Shown piece after piece: positions 34,876 through 47,655 of a stretch of DNA of 64,000 nt. The notes beneath the pieces are model-generated. The model worked only from the letters and a program-made list of their open reading frames with translations, did no database searches and was not told the origin of the DNA. The translations under genes and the position numbers were made by a program. Source of the stretch: Podarcis vaucheri (taxonomy: Eukaryota). Where the stretch lies: assembly GCA_965113315.1 (NCBI GenBank), contig OZ220377.1. One strand, given 5' to 3'. The number at the start of each line of letters is the position of its first letter. Positions within the stretch are counted from its first letter, which is position 1.

Positions 34876-37185
34876 AATGATTTATTGCATTGGTTAGTGG
34901 GCATACAAACTACGGCACAGTAGAACCCAGCCTCACCACCCAAGGCCTGGGTAAATGAAAAGGTCTTGAACACCTAAAAACTGAAAACAGTGGTGCCAGG
35001 ACACATTTCCCTGGAGAGAAGATTCTTTTTTAAAAAATTACAGATCTTACAGTGTCTTTTTCCTTTACAGTTACATACATAATCTATTTTTCTTTCTATA
35101 CATATTCGTATTCATCTACCGGTATTTCTCTATAATGCTTAACTTCCCTCTACCTCTTAACAGCTTCATCTTCTCTCTTTATTTCCTTCTCTTTGTACTG
35201 TATTCCAATATACCTTCAACCTTGTCTCCTCCAATTAACTTTTATTTTGTGAAATTTATCCCTGGAGAGAAGATTCTATAAAATGGGGGGGGGGGGAGGC
35301 ACCACTGAAAATACCAGTTCTCATGTGGTCACTGTCTCCATCTCTCAGGTGAGGCACATGAAAAAGGGGCTGGGCTGGTTCTGGTTCTTGTGGTGAGAAA
35401 TGGTCCTTGAGATATTGGGGTCCTGAGTTGCATAAGGTTTTATAGGTCAAAACCAGCACTTTGAATTGCATGTAGCTGATTTCTATTATTTCTGGTTCCC
35501 CCCCTACTGGTTCTATTTTGTGTTTTTAAAGTAAATTTGTAAACCACTCACTTTGTTTGATGGACAGTGTAAAAATAAGTAGAATACAGTTCCACAATCA
35601 AAATGAAAGATATTTGGGCATTTTGCCAGGTCTTCATGATAATCTCCAGTACCTACTGGTTTAACCAGCAGATCTCACTCTTCCATACAGTGGAATCATA
35701 GGATTCGAAGGTACAACCCATATGTACACCGAGATGGGCAAGGGTCATAGCTCAGGGATAGGGCACGTGCTTGCATATAGAAGGTCCCAGGTTCAGCTCC
35801 AACGAGGGCCAGGGATGTGCCCTGCCTGAAACCCTGCAGACCCCCTGCTGGATGGACCAATGGCCTGACCAGGGCCATCTTTACTTGGGGGTGCAAGGGG
35901 TGTGGGGCACATGGGTGCCGAATTCGGGGGGAGGGCGCCAAATGTATACCTATTGTATACCAATCCCTCTCGATTGGTGGCAGTGAAAAGCAATGGAGCA
36001 AAAGTCCCCCCCTTACTCCGTTACTCCTTAGCATCAAATTTTGCAGACAAGTCAGGAAACAAAAGCAGTTTTTTTCTGCTGCGTCCTTGTTACAGGTGAG
36101 CGATTTCTTGCAGATACATAGGAAGCTTCTTGAGTAGCTGGTTTCAGTCTTTTAATTAAGCAATCCAGGGTGCCCTTTGTGCACACTGGATTCTTCCTGA
36201 TAATTTCTCCTTTACTCCACTCTTAGCACAATAAAGTATTCTTGAAAAGTAAGAATAAAGTATACTCACATTCAGTAGCAATCTGAAGGCAGGCTTTAGT
36301 TGCCGTTACAGGTACAGTTGTTGATTAAAGTGTAGGGAAGAGAAGTCTGAGCTAAGTCTCATCCTTTGTTACAGATGAGCCATGTGCTGGCTAAGAGCCA
36401 GGAGCTAAAGCTGGCCAAAAGAGAAGGTCCAAAGAGAAATCCCCAAAGAGGAAGATGGCTGTGTGTCCAGCCCTTTTATCTGGGTCAGCTAGGGCCATGC
36501 CTTCTACCTGGCCACAGGAAGTCTTCCTTGTTTGGAGCCACCTCCCCTTGAGTGCCTTCTTCTCTGTGTCCATCCTAGCAGACAGGAAATGTTGGACTTG
36601 ACTGCTCCCACAGAAAGAAGGAGCATTTTGATTTCTCCAGTTGAAGGGTCCTGATATCCATTTCCTGCCAGGCAGATCAACTGGTTCTTCAGGGGGATGG
36701 GGAAACCACAGTCCTTTGTTTAGTGTTCAAGGTCTCGTAATGGATGTGGCATGTGTTCTTTGTTGATAAATTGAGTTGCTTCAACATTGTTTCTTTTTCA
36801 TTCAATAGTGGGGACAAACCACTCTTTCTTAAATAGCTCTCTTATCTTTGTTCGACACTGAGCAAAATTGCTTAATGCAGGCGTCTTGCTCATTTAATGC
36901 TTGTGATCTAGGAGTCTATACTAAGCTCTCTTCCAAAAGCCTAATCCCCAATGTCCTAAATAGATTTTCATTAATGCAAGGAAGCTCTCTAAAATGTCAT
37001 ATCATAAACATCTTGGAGTATTTCCAGGTTTTGGAAGACCTGGTGACAGAAGCTTCCATCCTCCCATGGATTCTCCAATCTCCCCTACTTTGTCCTCAGC
37101 GGCAATTGCTCGGCATGGCGTAGTGGGATTGGGCAGACCTGGGTTCAAATCAGCCATGAAGCTCACTGGTTAAACTTGGTAACCA

Positions 37186-37500
37186 ATGAATATTAGCCTC
37201 CAGAAGATCAAAAGAGACTACGAGGCTCTCGGCAGGAAATTGAAGCAACTAAATGCACAAATTGTCATCTCGTCTGTCCTCCCAGTTGAACGACGTGGCC
37301 CAGGGAGAGAGGGGAAAATAGTGGAAGTGAACAGCTGGCTTCGCAAATGGTGTAAACAGGAACGGTTTGGATTCTTAGATCACGGACTGCAGTTTCTTGA
37401 AGATGGACTTCTGGCAAGCGATGGGCTGCACCTCACAACGGTTGGGAGAAATGTTTTTGCCAAAAATCTCAGAAACCTCATCAGGAGGGCTTTAAACTGA
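37186..37500 (+). CDS. CR1 ORF1 C-terminal SGNH-esterase-like fragment
   Basis: ...IVISSVLP...VNSWLRKWC...FGFLDHG...SDGLHL...RALN*. DGLH is the SGNH block V DxxH motif. The ATG comes from the target site. Confidence 0.85.
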   Translation: MNISLQKIKRDYEALGRKLKQLNAQIVISSVLPVERRGPGREGKIVEVNSWLRKWCKQERFGFLDHGLQFLEDGLLASDGLHLTTVGRNVFAKNLRNLIRRALN

Positions 37501-40500
37501 CTAATGTGGGGGAGGGAGACAATGCTCCTGAAGGTAGGAGTCTATCAATTAATGAAGATGATCATCCAAATGTCATAGACCAAATGGAGCAAACAGCACG
37601 CGGACCTAGTGGTGGGAGGAAAAAATCCTTAAATAAGAGACACGGGGGAATGATTAATGGACTTCAATGTCTCTACACTAATGCGCAAAGCATGGGAAAT
37701 AAACAAGATGAGCTTGAGCTCTTGGTACAGCAAACTAAATATGACATAATAGGCATCACTGAAACCTGGTGGGATAAGTCCCACGATTGGAATGTAATAA
37801 TGGGGGGATACAATCTATTTCAGAGAAACAGACCAGACAAGAAAGGAGGAGGAGTGGCGTTATATGTCAGGGATGTGTATACCTGTGAAGAGATCCAAGA
37901 TTTAGAACCTCAAAGCCAAAGTGAGAGCATTTGGGTCAAAATTAAGGGAGAGAAGAATAACAGAGACCTCGTTGTGGGAGTTTACTATAGATCCCCAAGA
38001 CAAACGGAGGACATAGATGATGCCTTCCTGGAACAGATGGCCAAGCATGCAAAAGGAAGGGAGATAGTAGTAATGGGGGACTTCAATTACCCGGATATTT
38101 GTTGGACGTCAAACTCAGCCAAGAGCATAAGGTCAAACAGATTCCTCACTGGCCTTGCAGACAACTTCATTGTCCAGAAAGTGGGAGAAGCAACAAGAGG
38201 AACAGCCATTTTAGATCTGGTCCTAACCAATGTGGATGACCTGGTTAGTGGGGTAGATGTGGAAGGATCATTAGGCGCGAGTGATCATGCTCTTCTGAAG
38301 TTTACTATACAGCGGAAAGGAGCAGCCAAGCATACTAGGACTCAATTTCTTGACTTTAAGAAAGCCGACTTCATAAAACTTAGGGAAGTGCTGGGTGAGA
38401 TCCCATGGACAGCAATACTTAAAGGAAAGGGAGTTCATGATGGCTGGGAGTTTGTTAAGAGGGAGATAGTAAAAGCACAACGACAGGCAATACCAATGAG
38501 ACGGAAACATGGAAGGTGCCTAAAGAAGCCAGGGTGGCTATCTAAAGAACTTTTAACTGAATTAAGATTAAAAAAGGATGTGTACAAAAAATGGAAAAGG
38601 GGGGAAACCACCAAAGAGGAATTCAAACAAATAGCCAGCACGTGTAGACACAAAGTCAGAAAAGCTAAAGCACAGAATGAACTCAGGCTTGCTAGAGAGG
38701 TTAAAAGCAACAAAAAAGGCTTTTATGGGTATGTTCGTAGCAAAAGGAAGAACAAAGAAACTGTGGGGTCACTCAGAGGAGAAGATGGTGAAATGCAAAC
38801 AGGGGACACAGAAAGGGCTGAACTACTCAATGCCTTCTTTGCCTCAGTCTTCTCCGATAAAGAAAACAATGCCCGACCTGAAGAATTTGGAGCAAATGAT
38901 TCAGCAGAGGAAACACAGCCCAGAATAACTAAGGAGATAGTACAAGAATACTTGGCTAGTTTAGATGTATTCAAGTCTCCAGGGCCAGATGAACTGCATC
39001 CAAGAGTATTAAAAGAACTGGCAGATGTGATCTCAGAACCACTGGCAGTCATCTTTGAGAATTCCTGGAGAACAGGCGAAGTCCCGGCAGACTGGAGGAG
39101 GGCAAATGTTGTCCCTATTTTCAAAAAGGGGAAAAGAGAGGACCCAAATAATTACCGCCCAGTCAGTCTGACATCAATACCAGGGAAGATTCTGGAGCAG
39201 ATCATTAAGCAAACAGTCTGTGAGCACCTAGAAAGGAATGCTGTGATCACCAATAGTCAGCATGGATTTCTGAAAAATAAGTCATGTCAGACTAACCTGA
39301 TCTCGGTTTTTGACAGAATTACAAGCCTGGTAGATGAAGGGAACGCAGTGGATGTAGCCTACCTTGATTTCAGCAAGGCATTTGACAAGGTGCCCCATGA
39401 TATTCTTGTAAAGAAGCTGGTAAAATGCGGTCTTGACTATGCTACCACTCAGTGGATTTGTAACTGGCTGACTGACCGAACCCAAAGGGTGCTCATCAAT
39501 GGTTCCTCTTCATCCTGGAGAAGAGTGACTAGTGGGGTGCCACAGGGTTCTGTCTTGGGCCCGGTCTTATTCAACATCTTTATCAACGACTTGGATGATG
39601 GACTCAAGGGCATCCTGATCAAATTTGCAGATGACACCAAACTGGGAGGGGTGGCTAACACTCCAGAGGACAGGATCACACTTCAAAACGACCTTGACAG
39701 ATTAGAGAACTGGGCAAAAACAAACAAGATGAATTTTAACAGGGAGAAATGTAAAGTATTGCACTTGGGCAAAAAAAATGAGAGGCACAAATACAAGATG
39801 GGTGACACCTGGCTTGAGAGCAGTACATGTGAAAAGGATCTAGGAGTCTTGGTTGACCACAAACTTGACATGAGCCAACAGTGTGACGCGGCAGCTAAAA
39901 AAGCCAATGCAATTCTGGGCTGCATCAATAGGAGTATAGCATCTAGATCAAGGGAAGTAATAGTGCCACTGTATTCTGCTCTGGTCAGACCACACCTGGA
40001 GTACTGTGTCCAGTTCTGGGCACCACAATTCAAGAGGGACACTGACAAACTGGAACGTGTCCAGAGGAGGGCAACCAAAATGGTTAAAGGCCTGGAAATG
40101 ATGCCTTATGAGGAACGGCTAAGGGAGCTGGGCATGTTTAGCCTGGAGAAGAGGAGGTTAAGGGGTGATATGATAGCCATGTTCAAATATATAAAAGGAT
40201 GTCACATAGAGGAGGGAGAAAGGTTGTTTTCTGCTGCTCCAGAGAAGCGGACACGGAGCAATGGATCCAAACTACAAGAAAGAAGATTCCACCTAAACAT
40301 TAGGAAGAACTTCCTGACAGTAAGAGCTGTTCGACAGTGGAATTTGCTGCCAAGGAGTGTGGTGGAGTCTCCTACTTTGGAGGTCTTTAAGCAGAGGCTT
40401 GACAACCATATGTCAGGAGTGCTCTGATGGTGTTTCCTGCTTGGCAGGGGGTTGGACTCGATGGCCCTTGTGGTCTCTTCCAACTCTAGGATTCTATGAT

Positions 40501-40503
40501 TCT
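37194..40503 (+). mobile_element. Young CR1 LINE: 3' part of ORF1, intact ORF2, ATTCTATG tail, 8-bp TSD
   Basis: TSD ATGAATAT at 37186-37193 and 40504-40511; both ORFs are open. Confidence 0.96.
37506..40427 (+). CDS. CR1 ORF2: APE endonuclease plus reverse transcriptase, intact (973 codons)
   Basis: Endonuclease motifs [40 protein letters not shown] motifs [38 protein letters not shown]. True start uncertain (GTG at 37506; first ATG at 37584). Confidence 0.95.
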   Translation: MGEGDNAPEGRSLSINEDDHPNVIDQMEQTARGPSGGRKKSLNKRHGGMINGLQCLYTNAQSMGNKQDELELLVQQTKYDIIGITETWWDKSHDWNVIMGGYNLFQRNRPDKKGGGVALYVRDVYTCEEIQDLEPQSQSESIWVKIKGEKNNRDLVVGVYYRSPRQTEDIDDAFLEQMAKHAKGREIVVMGDFNYPDICWTSNSAKSIRSNRFLTGLADNFIVQKVGEATRGTAILDLVLTNVDDLVSGVDVEGSLGASDHALLKFTIQRKGAAKHTRTQFLDFKKADFIKLREVLGEIPWTAILKGKGVHDGWEFVKREIVKAQRQAIPMRRKHGRCLKKPGWLSKELLTELRLKKDVYKKWKRGETTKEEFKQIASTCRHKVRKAKAQNELRLAREVKSNKKGFYGYVRSKRKNKETVGSLRGEDGEMQTGDTERAELLNAFFASVFSDKENNARPEEFGANDSAEETQPRITKEIVQEYLASLDVFKSPGPDELHPRVLKELADVISEPLAVIFENSWRTGEVPADWRRANVVPIFKKGKREDPNNYRPVSLTSIPGKILEQIIKQTVCEHLERNAVITNSQHGFLKNKSCQTNLISVFDRITSLVDEGNAVDVAYLDFSKAFDKVPHDILVKKLVKCGLDYATTQWICNWLTDRTQRVLINGSSSSWRRVTSGVPQGSVLGPVLFNIFINDLDDGLKGILIKFADDTKLGGVANTPEDRITLQNDLDRLENWAKTNKMNFNREKCKVLHLGKKNERHKYKMGDTWLESSTCEKDLGVLVDHKLDMSQQCDAAAKKANAILGCINRSIASRSREVIVPLYSALVRPHLEYCVQFWAPQFKRDTDKLERVQRRATKMVKGLEMMPYEERLRELGMFSLEKRRLRGDMIAMFKYIKGCHIEEGERLFSAAPEKRTRSNGSKLQERRFHLNIRKNFLTVRAVRQWNLLPRSVVESPTLEVFKQRLDNHMSGVL

Positions 40504-40511
40504 ATGAATAT

Positions 40512-40880
40512 GGGTGAATATTTCAATTTCAGTTTCTCACTTTTCCAGTCTTAAGTTTAATTCTTCACAATTCCATATCAGTTTGCATAAATAAATAAAT
40601 AAATAAATGTGAAAAATCACCAGCATTTTAGTGCAAATGTGATGCAATCTCCCACAATATAATGCATTTTTTATGTTAGTTTCACTAATACATTCATTTA
40701 TATGCACACTTTACTTAAGAATATGCATTTTTCCACACATTGCTTGGTGTGAGTAATGCATTGCAAAAATGGAGAAATGCCGATTTCAAAGGATGTTGTG
40801 TTTTGGTTCTCCTATTATTTCAAAAAGTGCAAATTATATAAGCTGACCTAAATGTGAGCTGAATCAAATTTATCCCATAT
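40512..40880. mobile_element. Unclassified AT-rich interspersed repeat
   Basis: Similar sequence recurs at ~44855-44960 plus 45425-45690 (split by later insertions) and at ~63785-64000. Confidence 0.55.
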
Positions 40881-42548
40881 ATCTCCCTCCCTCCCTTTGA
40901 GTCAAAGGGCTGTTGTGAGGATAAAATGAGCAGCGTATACATGTGCTTTGGGGAAAAGGCAGGATATTAATGTAATTTGTATGGGTAACTCAGCAAATGT
41001 CTTTTTTTTTACAATGTAGTATCTCTTTGTGTTGAGTTAATGAGTTATCACCACAGTAATGCATTTCTTGGCACAGCCTCATGTGTTATTTTAATATCAG
41101 TTCAGTTGCACTTGGCATTCCAATTCTTTATCAGTTTCAGACATGAAAAGGCAAAGTGGATTTTGTAGAGCTATTAAGTTTTCCTTTGCGTGACTTGTAA
41201 AAACAGGCTTTAATCAAAAGATCTTCAAGTGGTAGAGTGAAAGGAAGGGGTCAAGAAGACAGGCTGCAGCTTGGCACGCCCTTGTGAAGCTCAACTGAAC
41301 TCTTACTCTCCAGAATTAGGTCACTTCCACAGCATGGCTTCCCCAAACAATCATGGGAGCTGTAGTTTGTTAAGAGTGTTGGGAAGTGTAGTTCTACAAA
41401 GTTTCTAGGATTCTTTGGGGAAAGCTATGTAGTTTAAATGTATAGTGTGGATGTAATCCTAAGCACTGGAAAACAACCATCTTGAAAGTTTGTGGCACAA
41501 GCCACCCGTGGATGGCACCAATCAGCTAGCATCCATATAAACACCTCCCCAATCCTTAGTGCACAGTTGTGCTTGAAATTGTTTTTCATATAAAATAACA
41601 CACACACACACAGCAGGTAACTCAACTGAAGTGTTTCTGTAATGTAGGGGTAGGTAAACTGTAGACCCCCAGATGTTGTGAATCTTCAGTCCCATCAGCC
41701 CCAGCCAACATAACCAATAGTTATAGACAATGTGAACTGTAGTCCAACATTTGGAGGTGCACAAGCTTACAAGCCAGTCCAAGACATTCCGCTGCCTGTG
41801 GCAAAGGGCAAGATGGTGCCTCCTTCACCTTCCATATACAGAAACTGACCTGATTGGCAACTGAATCTTACTTCCACACTGGGGATGGGACACTGTTCTC
41901 CATATCACCTTTGTGCATTCTCAGTCAAATGTTGGACACACACCATCTTCCTCATGTCTTCTTATTCACTGACTTAACCAGCATCACCAGTTTTCTGCAC
42001 ATTTTCCACTTATGACATTCCCACTATAGATTAAATCAATTGATTTGCCACCCACTCCTGCTCACAGCTCAATATACTCCTGCATTTAACTGGGTGCTGA
42101 AAGGCTTGACTCACCAAGTGAGAGCATCATTATGCTTTGTAGGAACAGAGGTGGGCAAGAAAGGTATCTATATGGTATATATCCTGCAGTGGGAGTTCTT
42201 TAGTCACTCACAGTTCAGAAACTTTTAGAAACTGCATTTATTTACCAAACTGTGCAATGCATCTAGATAAGTAATGTAACAATTTTTTTCCTAGTGTGGA
42301 AAGACTTTTGAGACCAAAAGCTCCTAGGAATCACACTGTCAAGCTTCCCATCATGGCAATAGCACTAATGCTAATGTTGAACTAAATAATTGTGAAGAGT
42401 TATGCAGTAAGTTCTTCCAAAGAAAGAAATATAGTTCAGAATACAATGCTATCCCCACTCAGAGTTGACCCAATAAAGTTAACAGACATGGCTAACTTGA
42501 TTCATTTCAAGAGGTCTACTCTGAGTAGAAGTCAGTTGGCTAAAAACC

Positions 42549-42680
42549 AGGCATAGGCAAATTCGGCCCTCCAGATGCTTTGGGACTGCAATTCCCATCA
42601 TCCCTGACTACTGGGTCCTGTTAACTAGGAATGATGGGAGTTGTAGTCCCAAAACATCTGGAGGGCCAAGTTTGCCTATA
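42549..42680. mobile_element. Palindromic MITE
   Basis: Near-perfect hairpin: ataggcaaa..ggccctccagatg..tttgggact..cccatcat / atgatggg..agtcccaaaacatctggagggcc..tttgcctat. Confidence 0.8.
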
Positions 42681-43611
42681 GAATGGGAAGGGCCAGAAAG
42701 GTCAATTAAGCCAACCTGTGCAAGAAACCCACAACGACAGCATCTCTGTACAACCATCTCCATCACCCTCCAAGATAGTCAGTTCTGTGCTATGTTAGCT
42801 AAGAGTTGGACTACACACAATAGCAGTTAGTGAAGCAGTTCAATAGTGGGAACTGCTTGCCACCACTGTTGCATGAGCAAAAGGGGCGTTGAATTCCTAC
42901 CTTAAATGGTAACCACTGGGAGCTGAGGTAAAAGACATTGCAGTCAGCCCTGGGAAAGTGCAGCGGCTGGGCTACTGATATCAGTGAGAGCTGCCACCCA
43001 CTCAGCAACAGAGCACTTGCCCACTGCGGGCTGAACCTCTCCCCCCCCCCACCTGACTGCTACCAGTGGGAGTGTGAATTCCCTTTCATCCCTTGATTAA
43101 CCTGGAGTGTTGACTGGTGGCTCCCACCAGCCACAGCTGTCACACTTACCATTGGGAATAGCATCCTGATACAGGTAGTAAGACTGGAAAGGGCCCTGGG
43201 CCTGAGATCTTGTAGGGTCAGTGCCAGTTAGCACAGACAGTAGAGGGAGAAAATGGGAGCAGTTGTACTGCATTATGAGGTGTATCCTTGGGAGGGAGCT
43301 ATATTGAAAGTGAAAAAAATCACTTTGCCACAATAACGACATGAGAAATTGTTGCATTTTACATGGCCCAAGTACTTGAAACACTCTCAAGCCTCATAGA
43401 CTGGAGCACAGGCCAGGTCGTTTGTAACTGAACTATTTTGAGGTGAGGTTTATTTATTTTTAAAAAAGCAAATGCTCCAGTGAGTGCCAGTCCAAAATTC
43501 TTACAAAGTAATACCTTCCACACTCCCCATTTTGTATATTGGGCATGTTGTCAATGCACATACAAGACAAAGCTTGTAAAGGGTTCCACCAGTTATGCCA
43601 AATAAATCAGC

Positions 43612-43925
43612 CAACAGTGCAATCCTCTGCAGGCCTACTTACAAAAGAAGTCCCATGAAGTTGAATAGAGTTTATTTTCAGGTTGAGTGTATAGGATTGT
43701 TGTGTAACTGTGCAACTCTACTCAGGCCTAAGTCCTGCTGACTCAAAGGGGGGCGGGTCTTACTTCCTAATAAATGGGATTAAGATTGCCACAAGGTGCC
43801 CCAACCTCCAAAGGAGCAAAGCTTGTGGGATAGTTCCTTGCTGTCTCTGAGCCTTGATTTAGGAAGTCCTGGTTGCACTCCGTGGCCTTTACTCATGCCA
43901 AAGTGTGCACAGGGTTACAGCCTCA
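43612..43925. repeat. Cluster of about three short palindromic repeats (tgcaatcct...aggattg)
   Basis: Similar units also at ~12608-12712, ~13735-13842, ~20580-20670 and ~42445-42545. Confidence 0.55.
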
Positions 43926-44582
43926 GAGCTCCTTAGGAAATGAGCAAGATCTCCCAATTAGCTCTTTCACTATAGATAGATATATATGGCCTGGGAAATA
44001 TAATTTAACAAAAAATGTTCCTGTAATGTAATTAGTGATTTAAATGATCATCTAACAACCATGGCGGGAAGGAGATCCTCTTAACTGAGCAGGCAGAGGG
44101 AAGCCCTCTGTGGGCTTCTGTGCTTGCTTGCTTTCTGTCTGCCGGGCTCTGTGCTTCTTGCATTGAGCGTGCCAGCCTCCAATGGCGTGGGCTGTAAGTG
44201 AGGGTGCCCCCCCACCTGGCCCTGCCCGATCTCTCTCTGGGGAGGGAGGGATGGGGAGACAGCAATGGCACTTCCAGCCTCCCAGCAATCTCTCCTCTCC
44301 CCTGTCCTGCCAGGTGCTGCAGGATCCAAAAGGGGTCTATTGTCACTATCTCTACCAGTCAATCTCCAATAGAGATTTTTGTGCCCCTCCTGGCCTATGC
44401 CTCTGGCGCAGGCTGGTTTCACTGTATTGCTTAAGTGTCTTTAGAATCTTTGCTGGGGATGGGGAGATAACCAGAATTAGTTGGCTCCAGCTGTCTTGAT
44501 CCCTGGCTCTGTCTGCTGTCAGTTACTTTGCCCTCCAACACACCAGCTGCCACACCTCAAGCTACTACTTCCCCAACAGGGA

Positions 44583-44839
44583 GGAGAAGAAGAAGAAGAG
44601 TTTGGATTTGATACCCTGCTTGTGACTCTAAGGTAGTGACCCTAAGGGGTCTCAAAGTGGCTAACTATCTTCTTTCCCTTCCTCCCCCACAACAAACACT
44701 CTGTGAGGTGAGTGAGGCTGAGAGACTTCAAAGAAGTGTGACTGGCCCAAGGTCACCCAGCAGCCGCATGTGGAGGAGCAGGGAAACGAATCCGGTTCAC
44801 CAGATTACGAGTCCACTGCTCTTAACCACTACACCACAC
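44583..44839 (-). mobile_element. tRNA-derived SINE (Squam2/POM-like) with (TTC)n tail
   Basis: Minus-strand head GTGTGGTGTAGTGGTTAAGAGC...GGATTCGTTTCCC (A and B boxes), core GGGTGACCTTGGGCCAGTCAC, (GAA)n tail on the plus strand. Confidence 0.8.
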
Positions 44840-45052
44840 CTAATTTATTGATTTAGGTTTCTATCAGTTTCTCATATTTTTGAATCTAAAGTTCATTTAT
44901 CCACATTTCCACATCAGCTATGATTGTTTTTAAAAAGTCCTCATGAAAATCCACCAGATTTTTAAATAATTATTACACACACACACCAAAAAAACAAAAA
45001 AAAACCCGTCTTTTTTCTGATAGGACTCAAGGTGGCTTACAGATACAAGTAA

Positions 45053-45393
45053 AGGTAAAGGTAAAGGGACCCCTGACCATTAGGTCCAGTCATGGCCGAC
45101 TCTGGGGTTGCGGTGCTCATCTCGCTTTATTGGCTGAGGGTCATGTGACCAGCATGACTAAGCCGCTTCTGACGAACCAGAGCAGCGCACGGAAACGCCG
45201 TTTACCTTCCCGCCGGAGCGATACCTATTTATCTACTTGCACTATTTATCTACTTGCACGTGCTTTCGAACTGCTAGGTTGGCAGGAGCAGGGACTGAGC
45301 AACGGGGACTCACCCCGTCATGGGGATTCGAACCGCCGACCTTCTGATCGGCAAGTCCTAGGCTCTGTGGTTTAACCCACAGCGCCACCCGCG
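45053..45393 (-). mobile_element. Sauria SINE (Squam1) with a 14-bp TSD
   Basis: (ACCTTT)n tail, B box GGTTCGAATCCC, TSD ACAGATACAAGTAA at 45039-45052 and 45394-45407. Confidence 0.92.
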
Positions 45394-47289
45394 ACAGATA
45401 CAAGTAAGAACCGTTAAAAACATAGATTAGTGTGCATTTCTCCTAACATACATATTTTTGCATGCAAATGTTTGCAAAACATATTTTCCCTAATATTTAT
45501 TTTTCTCCCAATACAATGCATTTGGTGTGTGATTTCCCCCCAACATTTGCATTTCTGTGCACACCTTACACTAGCATATGTGTTTCTGAACACATTGCTT
45601 GGCTGGAGAACTGTCCTGCTAAATTTGGAGAAGTGTTAGATTGACCTTTAAATATGAACTGAATCAATTCCACGCACACACTACCCCATCACTGTTCCTC
45701 ACCATTTCTTTTCCAACCAATACATTTGTATATCAACACTTTAAAAAATAACTTGCCAAAGGAAACTTGGCTGACAAAAGAATTGCATGAACTTTCTGTT
45801 GGGAAAAGGGAAAAGAAATCCTTGTTTGCCTGTGCCAGGATCAGTTAACTACACTTCCAAAATTAATTTTTTTTGCCTATTCCCATTGTTCTGCTTTGCA
45901 TTTTTATAACATCATTGTGCAATCCTACCCTGAAATTTCCATAGACCCAAGATGGAAGAACCATCTTATCATTCTTTTTAAAGAATAGGGTTTTCTTTTT
46001 CTTCTTGGTAGCTGCAAGCTAGCTTGGCAAATCTGCTGTTCTGTTATTCTGCTTCCCTGGTACTGCATCACTGCCTGAAAGTCTCCTGGGCTTATAACCC
46101 CTTCCTGAAAAATTCAGAGAAAATAATTCTTTTGCTTTTTACACAAGATATTATACTGTATTGGGTTATCTGTGCAACTCATAGTTTAAGAGCTAATTGA
46201 TTAGGGAAGAAAGTCAATGGGGTCTGCAGCTGAAAGACCACCTTTCATTTCAGTGGGGTTTCACTGGGGCTATCAGAAGTTCCCTTCAGGCACACAAGGA
46301 GACAAAAGAGAGAATACAACACCCCCTCCCAAACTGATGTAGGCGAAATGTCATAAAAGTCAGTGAGGTTCAGCAGAGGGCAAATTTGTCACGGACATGG
46401 GTAGTTTAAGTCCCTGAAAGACAGCATGGTCTTGGGAAAATCAGCCTCTTGCCTTCTGCTTTCCCTTTGTAACAATTGTGCTCTTGGGCTGTGCCAAATC
46501 CTGGATCCCAAACCAAATCAGGATGTGGGGTTTGATTGAAGTAGCAGCATCTGGGAAGGCTGCAGAATGCAGCCCACCTAGGTGAGATGAATTTCAGAAT
46601 GAAATTCTTGGCTACCTCAAACATAAAGCAAGAATGACAAAACCCCTGATCCCTGCCAATGAGAATTTCACTAAAAGTGTTTTCTTCACTTTGATAACTC
46701 TCAAATTCAAGCTCTCAATTGCATTTCCCCCCCTCATGAATAGATAGAGAATGGCTGCCAGGGTGGGGGTGGGGAGGGGAGAGAATGGAAGAAAATTTCA
46801 GCATAGCACTGCTGGTTTGTGTCTGTGCCAGCAAAACTAACCTCTCCTGTTTTGCCTGTGCAGTTGCTACCCAAAGGACTTCATCTAGGTCTGTGCAAGA
46901 GAATGAAAGAATGAATCAGCAAGATGAGTGCTGTGCCTCTGCTGTCATAAAACGCCAACATCTTTTGATGAATAAAGAAAACAACGGAGCCTGAAGTATT
47001 CATTGGGATCCAACTACCATCTCAAAATAATTCATTTTTGTAGCCTTCTGAAACACATGCAAAGCAAAACTTTGATTTGTCTACACTGCTGCATTTGCTT
47101 TGATCAAAAGTCTGTATTTTTTCAATGATGGATACACAGAAGCAGTAGAACCCTGCTAGTTAATGATTGCTGGAGAAAAACATAGGAGCCTGAGTTTAAA
47201 GTCTATAACTGTTCACATTATCTTTCTCAAAAACAATATTAAAGTTTCTAGGAAAAACAAAGGAAGTGATAGGAGGAAAGTGGATAGAG

Positions 47290-47655
47290 CACCCCTCCTG
47301 TAACACTCAGAGATATTTGATGAAGCTGAATATTAGAAGATTCAGGACAGACAAAAGAAAGAACTTCAGACAGAGCATCGTTAAACTGTGAAAGTTGCTC
47401 TCACAAGAGGCAGTGTTAGCCGCCAACTTGGATCGCTTTAAAAGGGGTTTAGACAAAAACATGGCTACTAGCTATTATGGCATTGTTCTCCCTCTACTGT
47501 TGGAGGCATTATGCTTCTGAATTCTAGTTGCTATGAACCAGAGGAGGAGATAGTGCTCTTGTGTGCAGTTCCTACCTTCACTTTGCCCATAGGCATTTGG
47601 TTGGTCACAGTCAGAACGGGATGCTGGACATGACCCAGCTGACTCTTCTTACGTT
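47290..47655 (+). mobile_element. Old CR1 3' fragment
   Basis: agattcaggacagacaaaagaaag...ccaacttggatcgctttaaaaggggtttagacaa; same family as 49910-50595. Confidence 0.7.
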
